The notes: generated from the letters alone by a model not told the origin. 53,789 bases of DNA from Prorocentrum cordatum (GCA_963575745.1 CAUYUJ010000287.1:62001-115789); one strand, 5' to 3'. Positions 35,856-49,930 are shown, counted from the first letter of the stretch. Numbers and translations are program-made.

Positions 35856-36514
35856 CTCCTAGCCCTGCTGCTCCTGCTCGGTCCAGAAGCAGAACTGTGG
35901 GCTGTCCTGACGAGAGCGGGAAAGCATGCAGCTTGGCACCACGAGCGTTGCCCCACCTGGCCCAGTGTGGTGCAGAGGCCCGTCCATCGGGGCTCAAGAG
36001 ACGGGGGTGAATGCAAACGGGATCCTGCAGAGCCAGGGTTGCACTGACCCAGGCTTGGGTGCAAGATCTTGCAGGATCCTGCCTGCAGGATACTGGCTGA
36101 CCCTGGCTTGGATGACCTGGATCAGTAGTCACCCGAGTTCAGTACGGACAGCGTCAATACCCTCGCCGTCCGTCATTTTTCGGTCTTCCTCCTCCTCCAT
36201 TTTCTCTCTCTCTCTCTCTCTCCCGCTCTCTCGGCCTCTGAGTTCTCTGAACGCGGCCATCCTCCACCCCTGGGGCCAGTCGGCCCTGGGGGGGTCGATG
36301 ATCACAACAGTACTGCACAAGAAAGAGTAAGTGACCGTGTGAGGGTCTGATGATCAAACCAGTACTGTGCTCTTCATCATGGCGTTCGCTGTGGGGGTGG
36401 CGCTGCTGGGCGTCGGCACGGTGTTACCCACCTGGCGAGTTGCGCCAGCAGGCAGGTGTCGTATGGCGTTGGAGGCCGTGGGGAGGACCCCCGAGGGTGG
36501 GGGGCAGCTTAGTC

Positions 36515-36695
36515 CCCGGGGGCACGGAGATGGCGGAGCGAGGGGGGGTGAGGGGGACCCTTGGGGGACGGCCGCGGAGATGGCGGAGCGAGGGGGGGTG
36601 AGGGGGACCCTTGGGGGACGGCCGCGGAGATGGCGGAGCGAGGGGGGTCAGGGGGACCCTCGGGGGACGGCCGCGGAGATGGCGGAGCCCGGGGG
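36515..36695 (+). repeat. ~50-bp minisatellite, ~3.5 copies
   Basis: GGGGACGGCCGCGGAGATGGCGGAGCGAGGGGGGGTGAGGGGGACCCTTG. Confidence 0.9.
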
Positions 36696-38204
36696 GAGGG
36701 AGACCGAGGATGATACATCAGTCCAGGGCGGCACAGAGGGGGGTGATGACTAGGGGGGGTGGATATCCTGGCGCGGGCCATGATATTTCCCCAGATTTCC
36801 TGGCGCCTCTTCTTATTTCATTACGTCCCTGGCCCCCCCGTTTGGCCGCGCACATGCCTCCAGCCATGATTTGCACCCCCCCCCTCCTGGACGCCCCCCC
36901 TCTTGGCCGCCCCCGAATCAGCGAAATCATAAGAAAACCCTAGTCCTAAAGAACAAGCTGAAGACGTAGCCCAACTTGGGTGCCCGTTCTCCACATTCTG
37001 GCATCAGGGATCACACATCTGTGCGGTCTGTCTGAGACATCTGCAGAACAGAGCCCTGTCCCTGACGCCTTGGGCCCCTTAATTTGGGTTCGTTTCCACA
37101 GGGGGGTCTTGGGGTCTGGGCATGGCCGCTACGGCCGCTTCCCGGGGTATGCCCCACACGGGCTCCCTCTCAGGTCATGCGGCCCTTCGGGGCGCGGCCA
37201 TCGTGGGGGGTTTTGAGCAGGGGTTCGAGGGGGCTGTTGGTGAGGGCAGGGGGTCGTGGGGTTCGTAGGGCAGGAGGTCGTGGGGCAGGGAGGGGTCGCG
37301 GGGCATGGGGCCGTAGTTCCCCTCACGAGAGGAGGGACGGCGAAGAGGGAGGACGAGGGGGGGGAGTTGTCGTGGGGTCCGCCGTGGGGGTCCGTCGCGG
37401 GGTCCGTCGGGGGCCGTCGTGGAGGGCGTCTTGGGAGGGCTCGGCTGTGCCTATGACCACTTCCCCGGGCATGCCCTCCGCGGGCTCCCTCTCAGGGCAT
37501 GCGGTCACTCGTGACTTGGAGTCCGCCGAGGGGCAGTCGGCGCCACTCGCAGTCTGGCCAGCGGCCCCGGGGGCGTGGCTGGGGAGTCGTGGGGTTCCTC
37601 GAGGGGGCCGTAGGGTAAGGGGTTGTGGGGATAGGCGTAGCAGGCGCACGCCGGGGTGTAGGGAGGCAGGCGGGGAGCCCCATCGTCGTCGTGAGTGTCG
37701 TCGGCGCTGCGATGGGTCCCGGCCCAGTTTCGCCCGAAACGCCGCGGAGCATTCAGGGCGCTCTGGTAAGTTGTCGGGGACCTCTATGACGATGTGTGTC
37801 ATCGGCGAGGCCAGGGTTGAAGTGGTTCCGGGGGGCTGCTTCCGGCGCCGCTGTCCGCCTGCGGCGAGCTGCTCTCCTGGCCGGGCTGGCCCGATGTCTA
37901 TGATCTGCCTGGCCCGGAGAGAGGTTGCTGAAAGGCTGGGGCTTGCTTCCGATGCATGCTTGGGCCGTCTCGCAGTCGGGCAGCCCCCTCCTCCTCCTCC
38001 TCCTCCTCCTCCTCCTCCTCCTCCTCCTCTTCCTCCTCCATCTCCCCCCAGAGCATTGCACACGTCGGCGTCGACCAGCGCCGCGGGCTCCTCGGCGATC
38101 GCCGGGCGCCGCGCTTGGCCTGTCGCCCGCTGCGGGGCCCCCTGCCCCAGCGTCGAGGGCCGGGCGGGGGGGTCTGCCTCCCCGAGTCGGGCAACGGTTT
38201 CCTC

Positions 38205-38235
<31 letters not shown>

Positions 38236-39309
38236 CCTCCTCCTCCTCCTCCTCCTCCTCCTCCTCCTCCTCCTCCTCCTCCTCCTCCTCCCCCACCTAC
38301 TCCTCCTCCACCTACTCTAGTTCTCCTCCTCCTCCTCCACCTCCTCCTCCTTCTCCATTCCTTTTCCTTGTGAGTAATTCCTCCCTGTCGCACCCCGAGG
38401 CCAGTGCAGAAAAAGGGGTCGTCTGCGCCGACATTGGCGCGTGGTCTGCCCGCGTAAGACTGCGCGTAGACGCCCTCGCTTCTGATGAGGCGTGCCGCGC
38501 CGGCGGTCCGCGTAAGCCGCGGCGAAGGGTCGATATGTCATCTCGCGTAAGACCCGTTTTGGATCGTCGGATGGGGTCAGAATAAATGGGGGGGGCGAGG
38601 ATCGCTCCGGGCTCGATGTGGAACCCAATTTTCTCCAACCCAACGTCGCCGATGCATCGCCGACATCGCCGACGTCGCAGATGCATCGGCGATGCATCGG
38701 CGACGCGGCGCGATCCCTTGACCCCATCTCAGACCCCATCTGGGAGGCCTCTCGTCAAGGTGCCAATGTCGGTGCCCTTGCCGCCTCGTTTCGCCTCTCC
38801 TCCTGGAAATTCCTCGTCGTCATGGCTGGATTCGCCTCGCAAATCTTATCAAAAAGCTTCGGGAGCAGCCCCGGGAGTAGCGGTGTCGGTCCTTTTTCGG
38901 GCTTCCCGGGCCACGGGGGGCTGCACAGGACGGCGGCGACCGCGGGGCCCCAGACGGTGACGAAGGGCCCTCCGGGCGGGGAGTGTGCACAGGGGTCGTC
39001 CCCGCCGCGCTGGATGGGCTCCTCCTCGACCCGAGCGGCCGCCGCCGGAACCGCGGGCCGTAGCAGCTGCGTCGCACCGCGGGGCCCACAAAGCGGATGG
39101 CGGGAGGCCTTCGCCGGCGGCGCCCGTCCTGGGTGAGTGCAGTCAGCGCACGCCCTGGTGCGCATCAGGGCGCCATGGCCATCAGCTGGGCGCGCGGGAG
39201 AAGCTGCGGAGGCCAGGCGCAGCTCCACTCCCGAAGGGCTTTGAGAGTCCACTTGGTCCGAGCCTCCTTGAGGCAAGGTGACTCGAGCCAGGTGGCCTGA
39301 GCCTCTTGG

Positions 39310-39500
39310 GGGCCCGCTGCTGCTGCTGCCGCTGCCGCGGCTCCTGCCGCTGCCGCTGGTGCTCCCGCTCCCGCTCTCGCTGCTCCCGCTCCCTTTGTCG
39401 CTGCTCCCGCTCCCACTCTCGTTGCTCCCGCTCTCACTCTCGCTGCTCCCGCTGCTCTCGCTGCCGCTCCAGCTCCTGCCGCTCCGGCTCCTTCTCCTGC
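39310..39500. repeat. Degenerate CTCGCTGCTCCCG-type short tandem repeat
   Basis: Direct reading. Confidence 0.7.
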
Positions 39501-40310
39501 GCCCCCCCCCAGTGCCGCTCCGGCTCCTGCCTTGGACTCGGCCGTGCGGACAAGCTCCGACGGGCACCACCTTTGCAGGGACCAGCGCGCCAGCGCCCCC
39601 ACTCTTGGGACGCTGGTGCGGCAGCGGAGGAGCCGAGCTGCCCCTGCTCCTGCTGGCCGCGGGCCCTGGGAAACGCCGGCGGCTCTCGTGGGGGGGAGCG
39701 GCCCCGCAGGGGTCCGCTCGCCCCCGCTGCTGCCCAAGAAGCTGGTTGTCGCTCCGGCCTGCTGCCGCCCCAGCGGCGCGGACGCGCAGCAGGGCGGTGG
39801 CGCTGCGTGGTCGCCGGGGGTCCCTTCCGGGGTGGCCTCTCGCGCAGGTCGCGCGGGGGGCCTCGCGCGGGCCTCTGGGGGCCGCGGGGGGGCCTGTCTG
39901 GGGGCCATCCTGGGGGGCCGCTGGGCCGTCACGAGAGCGTCCGTAGGCCGCTGGGGGCCAGTCTCGGGCCGGCTCCTCTTCCGAGGCCGCTTCGGGGCTG
40001 GGGAGCCTCGGAGAGCCCGCCAGGCCGCCGGAGTGCCGTCGGGGGGCCGCCTGCTGCTCTCTAAGGATGGCGGGGCTTCTCGGAGGTCTCGGAGGTGCGT
40101 TCCGGGTTGCTTTCGGTCGGCGCGAGAACCCCAGGAGGCCTTTCGTCATTGTCCCCCCCTGTTTCCCTCGGCGTGGAGAAATACTCGGCCCTCCTGCTGC
40201 TGCTGCTGCTTCTGCTTCTCCTCCTCCTCCGCCTTTCCCTCCTCTTCCTCCTCCTCCTCCTTCTCCTCGAAGTTTTCGTAGTCATAGTCGTCGTCGTCGT
40301 CGTCGTCGTT

Positions 40311-40350
<40 letters not shown>

Positions 40351-40962
40351 GTGTGCGGCGGGTGCCACGGAGAAATGTTTGTTTTTCACTATTGCTGGGA
40401 CCCCAGTCCGTCAATCAATGAGGTCGCCGAAAAGACAATCAATTATTGGGGGGTTCCAAAGACCTGCCGCGGTTACTGGAGCAGGAGAGGATCAGAAGGT
40501 TCGTTTTCTCCTTCGGTCAGCCTCCCACCAAGCCGCTCGGTGGGACTCTGCTTCAGGCTTCGCGGCCTGCTCGGCTACGGGCTCGGACCGACAGACGTTG
40601 TGGAACTGCTCTGTGCGCTGCTGGTTCAGAGCGGAGCCGCCCGTGGCAGCTCGTGCTCGGTCATCGCGTGGGGTCCCAGGGCGATCTCGGGCATGGGGTC
40701 CGGGGGGCAGGCGGGTGCGGCCAGCCAGGAGGCAGCCGCGCGCAGTCTTCGCTGCTTCTCGGGCTGCCGCCTGGGCCGTGCGGGGGCCGCTGGAGGACTC
40801 CTCCGGAAGGTTCCGCTCGGGGGGCCTCTTAGGTGTCCTCCCGCCTGGAGCAGGGCAAGGGAAAGGTCCCAAGCGCAGAGATTTGGTGCCACACGCATCT
40901 CTTTCCGACTGCCCTCCCCCGTGAGCACGCACCCGCGAGCCTCCCGAGGAGTACAGGCCGTT

Positions 40963-41030
<68 letters not shown>

Positions 41031-42175
41031 GGAAAAGGCGCGCGTGGGAGCCCCGGCCGCCCCCCCCCCCCCAGCAACCGAGCAACCGAGCAACCCTCTC
41101 TGGGGGTCTCCTGGGGGCGCCAAGGATTCCCTGATAGGAGTTCCTAGGAATTCTATAGGCTTCCACAGGAATTCTATAGACCTCCCTGGGAATTCTATAG
41201 GCCTCCATAGGAATTCTACAAGCCCCCATGGGAATTCTATAGGCCTCCATAGGAATTCGATTGGCCTCCATAGGAATTCTGTATGCCTCCATAGGAATTC
41301 TATATAAGCCCCCATAGGAATTTTATCGGCCTCCATAGGAATTCTATAGGCCTCCATAGGAATTCTATAGGCCTCCGTAGGAATTCTATAACCCCCATAG
41401 GAATTCTATAGGCCTCCATAAGAGTTCTATAGGTCTCCATAGGAATTCTACAAACCTCCATAGGAATTCTATAGGCAACCATCGGAATTCTATATAGGTC
41501 CCAATAGGAATTCTATTGGCCTCCATACGAATTCCATAGGCCTCCATAGGAGTTCTATAGGCCTCCATAGGAGTGCTATAGGCACCCAAACACATTCTAT
41601 AGGCGTCCATCGGAATTCTATAGCCCCCCGTAGGAATTCTATAGGCCTCCATGGGTATTAAATGTAGGTCTCCATCGGAAGTCTATAGCCCTCCATACGA
41701 ATTCTATATAGGCCCCCATCGGAATTCTATAGGCCTCCATAGGAACTCTATAGGCCCCCATAGGAATTCGATAGGCCTCCTTACGAATTCTATAGGCCCC
41801 CATCGGAATTCTATACGCCTCCATCGGAATTCGATAGACCTCTATCGGAATTCCATCGCCCTCCATACGATTCCTATATGGGCCTCCATCGGGATTCTAT
41901 ACGCTTCCATGGGAATTCTATAGGCCTCTATCTGAATTCGATAGGCCTCCATCGGAATTCTATAGGCACCCATTGGAATTCCGAAATTGGCTCAGCCGCT
42001 GGGGCCTTCGGCGGAGCTCCCCGAGGGGGGCCACGATCCTCGTGAGGGGTGTGCCGAAATGGGCGCAGCCGCTGGGGCCTTCGGCGGAGCTCCCCGATTG
42101 GGGGCCACGATCCACGTGAGGGGTGTGCCGAAATAGGCGCAGCCGCTGGGGCCTTCGGCGGAGCTCTCCGAGGAG
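40963..42175 (+). repeat. Composite repeat: (TTG)n, ~110-bp unique head, ~21-bp satellite (GGAATTCTATAGGCCTCCATA), ~75-bp units
   Basis: Head GGAAAAGGCGCGCGTGGGAGCCCCGGCCGCCCC; satellite ~41140-41980. Confidence 0.9.
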
Positions 42176-42207
42176 GGTGATCAAGAAGAGGATGATGATG
42201 GTGATGG

Positions 42208-42266
<59 letters not shown>

Positions 42267-42489
42267 GTGATGACTAGGATGATGATCAGGGCGAGGACAG
42301 GGTGGATGAGGAACAGTGTGCGAACCAAAAACTTCGGGCCCATTTCGGCGCATCCTTCACGCGGTTCGGGGCCTCACAAGGGGCGCAACCGAAAGCATCG
42401 GGTCCATTTCGGCGCGCCCCTCACACGGTTCGGGGCCGCACAGGAGGCGCAACCGAAGGCTTGGGGCCCATGTCGGCCCACTCCAAACA

Positions 42490-42707
42490 ATATTCGTGGA
42501 GGGGCATTGGCAGGACGCGGGGCGGAGGAGGTGGAGGAGGAGGAGGAAGTTGAGGACGAGGCCGCCGACGACGACAATGATGATGGTGATGATGACGACG
42601 ACGACGATGATGATGGTGATGATGAGGATGAGGATGATGGTGATGATGATGACGACGATGATGATGATGCGGATGAGGATGAGGATGAAGACGCTGATGA
42701 TGGTAAC

Positions 42708-42797
<90 letters not shown>

Positions 42798-43293
42798 AAT
42801 GATGATGATGATGCTGATGATGATGATGACGATGACGATGATGATGATGATGATGATGCTGATGATGATGATGATGATGATGATGAGGAGGAGGAGGAGG
42901 AGGAGGAGGAGGAGGATGAGGAGGAGGATGATGATGATGATGGCGATGCTGTGGAAGATGAGGTGGATGAGGATGCTGATAATGATGAGGAGGAGGACGA
43001 CGATGAGGGTGAGGAGGACCAGGATGACGAAGACGTCGATGCGGAGGACGAGGATGAAGAGGACGATGACACGGTGGATGAGGCTTGGGACGAGGACGGT
43101 CGTCGCCGTCGTCGCCGCCGTCGTCGTTCTCGTCGTCGCCGTCGTCGGTTTCGTCGCCCCGCCACCGCGCGCCACCTGGCGTGCCCGCCCGGTGGGAGGG
43201 GCAGGGAGATAGAGGGACATTGGCGGGGCGGAGGACGAGGCCGCCGACGACGACAATGACGATGATAATGATGGTAATGATGACGACGACGAC

Positions 43294-43325
<32 letters not shown>

Positions 43326-43502
43326 GAATGCGGATGAGGATGCTGATGATGACGATGATGAGGATGATGATGAGGCTGGTGATGATGAGGATGACGTGGA
43401 TGAGGATGATTATGACGATGATGATGATGATGATGATGACGACGACGACGACTACGACGATGATGATGATGATGATGATGCTGCTGCTGCTGATGCTCAT
43501 GA

Positions 43503-43534
<32 letters not shown>

Positions 43535-43566
43535 ATGATGATGATGATGATGGTGATGATGACGAC

Positions 43567-43603
<37 letters not shown>

Positions 43604-43842
43604 GGGATGGTGATGATGAGGACGACGTGGATGAGGATGATGATGATGACGTTGATGATGATGAGTAAGACGAGGTGGACGATGATGCTGATGATGCTGA
43701 GTAGGAAAATGAGGATGACGATGAGGGTGAGGACGACGAGGATCACGAAGACGTCTCTGCGGAGGACGAGGGTGAGGAGGACGAGGACAGGGTGGATGAG
43801 GAGAACGAGGACAGGGTGGATGAAGCTTGGGGCGAGGACGGG

Positions 43843-43917
<75 letters not shown>

Positions 43918-43920
43918 CAT
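42490..43920. repeat. (GAT)n/(GAG)n/(GTC)n block organised as a diverged ~720-bp tandem duplication
   Basis: Both halves start with CATTGGC...GAGGACGAGGCCGCCGACGACGACAATGA and end with GGTGGATGA.GCTTGGG.CGAGGACGG plus (GTC)n. Confidence 0.8.
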
Positions 43921-43937
43921 CGGTGCCGTCGCCCCGC

Positions 43938-45285
43938 GTATAAGATCCTATACAGTCTGTATCGAGTCTGTATAGGATCCTATACAGTCTGTTTCGGATC
44001 TGTGTAGAATCCTATACAGTCTGTATCGGATCTGTATAGGGTCCTGTACAGTCTGTCTCGGGTCTGTATAGGATCCTGTACAGTCTGTTTCGGATCTGTA
44101 CAGGATCGTATACAGTCTGTATCGGATCTGTGTAGGATCCTATACAGTCTGTTTCGGATCTGTGTAGGATCCTATACAGTCTGTATCGGATCTGTATAGG
44201 GTCTTATACAGTCTGTATCGGATATGTATAGGATCCCATACATTTTGTATCGGGTCTGTATAGGATCCCATACAGTCTGTTTCGGATGTGTAGGATCCTA
44301 TACAGTCGGTATCAGATCTCTACATGACCCCATGCAGTATGTATCGGATCTCAACAGGATCCCACACAGTCTGTATCGGATCTGTGTAGGATCCTATACA
44401 GACTGCATCGGATCTGTATAGGGTCCTCTACAGTCTGTATCGGATCTGTGTAGGATCCTATACAGTCTGTTTCGGATCTGTGTAGAATCCCGATGGGGGC
44501 TATAGAATTCCGATGGGGGGCTATAGAATTCGTAAGGGGGCCTATCGAATTCCTATGGGGGCCTATAGAGTTCCGATGGAGGCCTATAGAATTCCGGTAG
44601 AGGTTTATATAGAATTTGTATGGAGGGCTATAGAATTCCGATGGAGGCCTACATAGAATTCCCATGGAGGCCTATAGAATTCCTACGGGGGCCTATAGAA
44701 TTCCGATGGACGCCTATAGAATGTGTATGGATGCCTATAGCACTCCTATGGAGGCCGATCGAATTCGTATGGAGGCCTATGGGATTCGGATGGAGGCCAA
44801 TAGAATTCCAATGGGGACCTATATAGAATTCCAATTGAGGCCTATAGAATTCCTACGGGAGGCTATCGAATTCCTACGGAGGCCGATAAAATTCCGATGG
44901 AGGCCGATAGAATTCCGATGGAGGCCGACAGAACTCCTACGGGGGCTTATATAGAATTCCGATGGGGGCATCTAGAATTCCTATGGAGGCCAATCGAATT
45001 CCTATGGAGGCCTATGGAATTCCCATGGGGGCCCGTAGAATTCCTATGGATGCCGATCGAATTCCGATGGGGGCCTATAGAATTCCCAGGGAGGTCTATA
45101 GAATTCCAATGGAAGCCTATCGGATTCCTAGGATCTCCTATTAGGGAATCCTTGGCGCCCCCAGGAGACCCCCAGAGAGGGTTACTCGGTTGCTCGGTTG
45201 CTGGGGGGGGGCGGCCGGGGCTCCCACGCGCGCCTTTTCCAACAACAGCAACAACAACACCAACAACAACAACAATAACAGCAAT
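43938..45285 (-). repeat. Inverted copy of the composite repeat: 32-bp satellite, 21-bp satellite, unique head, (AAC)n
   Basis: 32-mer TATAGGATCCTATACAGTCTGTATCGGATCTG at 43938-44490. 45127-45245 is the reverse complement of ~41026-41150. Confidence 0.9.
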
Positions 45286-47338
45286 TACTAGCACGTGGGG
45301 ACACTCCGTTCTCACCAGTGCCAGGGTTTTCATAGGAGGCGGGCAATACCCCCACTTTGTGGGGGGGCCGGTTCAAGCTCTACCAAATTTCCAAACGACT
45401 CTTCGCCACCACCCACACCCAGCTTCCCGCCCTATGACGTTCGGACACTTCACTTCGTGGCATGCGGACGACCGTGGCTACTATTCAGGGCCCCGCGGCC
45501 GACGACGACGGCGTGCGCGCGCGAAGAAAAAACGAATGTGTCCCGCATGGTATTATTTGACAGGACGATGGCCCTGGCAGGTGCGCAACCGTTGTTGCAG
45601 AAGTTCGAAAAAGTTGCTCGCAAAAGCCCTGTCGCGCACCAGGGGCCCCAACAATAATTATTCTTAAGAAGAAATAATGTTCAACAACAACAACAAGAAC
45701 AACAACAACCACGACAAACATTTTACCCGAATGTTCAGTCACTCTACATGCCACATGCATCCATCATGATATCTCCCCCTAATGTGGGCTGTGCTACTGC
45801 ACAAGGGAATCCGAATTTAGCCCAGCTGCCACATCTTCTTCGCAATCGCCTTGCCCATGCTTTGATTCCGGGAGAGGCCCCACAAACTTTGGGAGAGCCC
45901 GCAGAGCACCTTGGACAACCCCTGGAACGCCTTAAAGCCCCCCGTGGAAAATTTGAGGGCCCCTTGCAGACGTTTCAAAGCTGAAACGGAGGGTTTCGGG
46001 GCCTCATAAAAGAAGCCTCAGGGCATTTTTTGGACAGGCCTGGATGGGAGGACTTTCTGGGCTTCGGCGAGAGGAGGAAGACGAGGAGAGAGCAGGAGAA
46101 GAAGAAGGATGGATGAGGGAAGGAGGAAGAGGAGGAGGAGGAGGAGGAGGAGGAGGAGGAGGAGGAGCGTACCACCACCGTGCCTGGGTTGTGGGAAGAG
46201 GCCCGTTGGATGCATGTTCGGTATTTGGGAATCCTCTGGGGAGCTCCTTGTAATCGGCGTTGAAGCCTCGTTGGCCTTCGAGGGGACGTTTAGGGGCCTC
46301 GTTGAGTTAAGTTAGATCGTTCTTGGGGCATCCTGGGGGCTTCCTGGGGACCTGCTGCAACTCTCCCGGGCCCCCTTTGTGGCGGAGAGCTTGAAATGTG
46401 AGGTCGAATCCTCTTTTGTGGCCGTCTTGGGCGCCTTCAACCTCTCTTGGGCAGCCTTGATGCCTCATGAGGGGCCTATTTGGCAGCCTTGATCGAGGCA
46501 GTCTTGGAGGAGCAGTTGGGCCGCCTTGGAGCTGTGAAGACCTAAATGGTGAATGTTCTAAAAAAACATGTTGGGGCTGATTTGGGCGTCTAGATGCCCT
46601 CTTCGGGGACTCTTGGAGCTCTCTTGGGCCTTCTGGGGAGCCTGTTGACCGTCTTGGAATCATCGTGAGCGGTCTTGGTGTACTCTTGGGGCGCACTCGG
46701 GTCGTCTCGTCTTGGAGGCCTCTGAGGCTGCCTGGAAGCCATCATGGGTGTGTGTGTGTGTTTGTGTTGCAAGAAGATTTGAGCGGAGGGTAGTTGCTCT
46801 CAGAATAGCTTCTACCATCCCGTTCAGCAAGCTAGCTGTTAAAAGCACATACTGCGGAGGCTGCAAGCCTTCGATCAGAAGAACCCCGATGGCTCAAACC
46901 ACAAGGGATGACTGAGGAGAGCCCCGATGATTCCGACCAGAGGAGGAAGTAGGAGCGGGGGCTCGAGCGGAAGGCCAGGCGAGCGCTCAACGAGAGGGCA
47001 CGGCTGCCCGTGCGCGAAGAGGCAAGCCCATGCTTGCTTCTCCTGAATGGTCGAGTCCCTCCCCCACATGCTGCCACCAGGGATGCAGCCATACAGGGAG
47101 GAGCACTGTTCAGAGGCCCTCGGCCATGCAGAAACCTCCATGGCAAATGCACCACATAGAGCCACACGCGGCCGAAGGCAAGATTCAAACATTTACTCAT
47201 GGGAGGCGCACTTCACCTTTTACACCCGCACTAAGCTTCCAATCTTAGACCAGCATGGCGAATCGATAGGGAAAACCGTGCAACATCACAAGGCATATGC
47301 GTCCAAATTCATTCTTCTCATCCTGCTCTGGCTGATTC

Positions 47339-48160
47339 CGGATTCCTGATGCCGGATGGCGAAAAGAAACCTCGATTGCCGCCCTCCGCCCCCCCCAAGG
47401 CTGGTCGTCCCTGGAGATTTTGATCAAACGAAAGCCAGGTGACACCTGGAGCACCGCTCCAGGGAAAACGGGGGAAGCAGGCAGGCAGACAGTCCAGAGG
47501 AGGATGGGAGGAGTGAGGAAGAAGACCTCAGGAAAGAGGGCAGAAATTAGTCAAGGCTTGCAGCGCCAGCTAACTACTCCGCGGGCTGCAGAAGACGTTA
47601 CGGCACTCTGAGAATTTACGCAGTGCCGACGCGGAGGGTGCAGGGTCAATCCCCGCCGCAGGCTTTAAACCACGGCGCGCGGGAAACCCTGCGCCACGCG
47701 CAGAGTGACGCGGCACAATGTCTCCAGTTGCATGCTGCATTACATCGAGGTGGGCATTCTGCGAGTGGCAGAACACGCTCGATGTCCCGTGCGCTGCCAG
47801 CGGATTCCTGATGCCGGATCAACAATCTCGATTGTCGCCCTTCCCCCCCCAAGGCTGGTCGTCCCTGGAGGTTTTGATCAAACGAAAGCCAGGTGACACC
47901 TGGAGCACCGCTCCAGGGAAAACGGGGGAAGCAGACAGACAGACAGTCCAGAGGAGGATGGGAGGAGTGAGGAAGAAGGCCTCGGGAAAGGGGGCAGAAA
48001 TTAGACAAGGCTTGCAGCGCCAGCGAACTACTCCGCGGGCTGCAGAAGACGTTACGGCACTCTGAGAATTTACGCAGTGCCGACGCGGAGGGTGCAGGGT
48101 CAATCCCCGCCGCAGGCTTCAAACCACGGCGCGCGGGAAACCCTACGCCCCGCGCAGACT
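47339..48160 (+). repeat. ~460-bp tandem duplication of complex sequence (47339-~47800; 47801-48160 partial)
   Basis: Both copies start CGGATTCCTGATGCCGGAT and share ~360 bp at high identity. Confidence 0.9.
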
Positions 48161-48983
48161 GACTGGCGCGCGGGGGCAGAGAGGTGCCCCATGGCTCAAG
48201 CCAAACAGATCCGTTTTTGTGTCGTTCCGTTTTTGTTTCGGTCCGCGAAATCGGACAAACGCTGATTAGCTCGAGCCTTGTGCTGCTGATCATCGATAGA
48301 CGAGCCCACGCCACATCGCTCGGCTCCAATGTCACAGGACAATCCAAAAAGAGGCAAATGCCGGCTGGACGAAAATTCGACACCATCTGCCTGTCTATGA
48401 GCTTCTTCATCCGACGCTGCATCCAGCGCCGCTGCGTCCGATTCGGCGAATCGAACGCCAGAGACGGGCGGTCCGGGCCGCCGCCGCTGCTCGTGTCCTC
48501 CGCCGGGAAGGAGGGCCATGGGATCTCAGCCTCGCGCCAAGCGCCAAGCGGGGTCTGCTCATCGAGCGGGGCACTGGCCCGTATCAGGCCCGCGAGCCAC
48601 GGGATCTCCTCGCAGGGCGGGACGGGCGCCCTGACCGGGTTCCGCTGCCACCCGCCCTCGATGCTCCTCGTGGCCACGGCGCGGGTCGAAGCTCTTCCGC
48701 GTCACGACAGCGGAGGCACACGCCTGCCTGGAAAGCATGGCGTCTGCTAAAGGCGGACCGCCTCGGTGCTCGCTGAAGGCGGCTGGGGGTGTAGGGGGGA
48801 ACGCATCACCAGGGATCGAGCGCTGGAGCGTCATGGCCCGAGCCAAGATGGTTACGGCAAAGCCATCATGGGTGTTTTTGGAGCGCCCTTCGCAGGGCCG
48901 AAAATGGGTCCAGGGGGCCACATTCGGTTGCCCAAGCGGTGGACCGATCTGTCATCCTGTCCCGCGGGAGGGCCGGGGGGGCA

Positions 48984-49930
48984 TATACATATACATGCAC
49001 CTATACTTTATACATACATACATACATACATACATCCATCCATCCATACATACATACACACATACATACATACATACATACATACATACATACACACATA
49101 CATACATACATACATACATACATGCATGCATGCATGCATACATACATACATACATACACACATATATACATACATACATACGCACACATACACACATACA
49201 TGCGTACATATATACATAATACATACATACATACACACATACATACATACATACATACATACATACTTACATACATACATACATGCATGCATGCATGCAT
49301 GCACACATACATACGCACATACACACATACATGCATGCATACATGCAAACATACACACACATACATACATACATATACACATACAAGCGTACATGTATGA
49401 ATACATGCCTGGCTGCTTGTCTACCTGCATTCATGTGTGCATGAATGTCTACAGACATACACACATACATACACGGCTGCATCGAGATGTATATCTAAAT
49501 ACATATACATATGTATGTATGCATGTATGTGTATGTATGTATGTATGAAACATTGGTGTATGTTTGTTTAGCTATTCATGCACGCATGCATCTACACATA
49601 CACATACATGCACGTATGCCCATGCATAGAAATGCACACATACAGTTTAACACATGCGCACACACATGCATACACACATGAAGCATGCAGGAGCATTCAT
49701 ACACAGTTACATATACGCATGCGCATACGCACGTACATACATATATGTATGTAGTTTTGCGTGTGCACACACCTAAACCTATACGTGCACATGTACACAA
49801 AAAAAACACATGCAACGGTATCTACAAACGTGTGCACGTAATCCCACGCACGATATATGCATCTATATATATACACACACTTATACATACATTTGTATAA
49901 AAAATGTATATATACATATGAACATGCGAA
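48984..49930. repeat. (TACA)n microsatellite and degenerate purine-pyrimidine alternating tract
   Basis: Direct reading. Confidence 0.9.

Noticed and set aside
37084..40924. Several 250-460 aa ORFs on both strands
   Set aside because: Very GC-rich low-complexity DNA with overlapping ORFs in many frames and no recognisable motifs or codon bias.
48737..49548. His/Thr/Tyr/Ile-rich and Met/Tyr/Val/Cys-rich ORFs
   Set aside because: Translations of the (TACA)n microsatellite.
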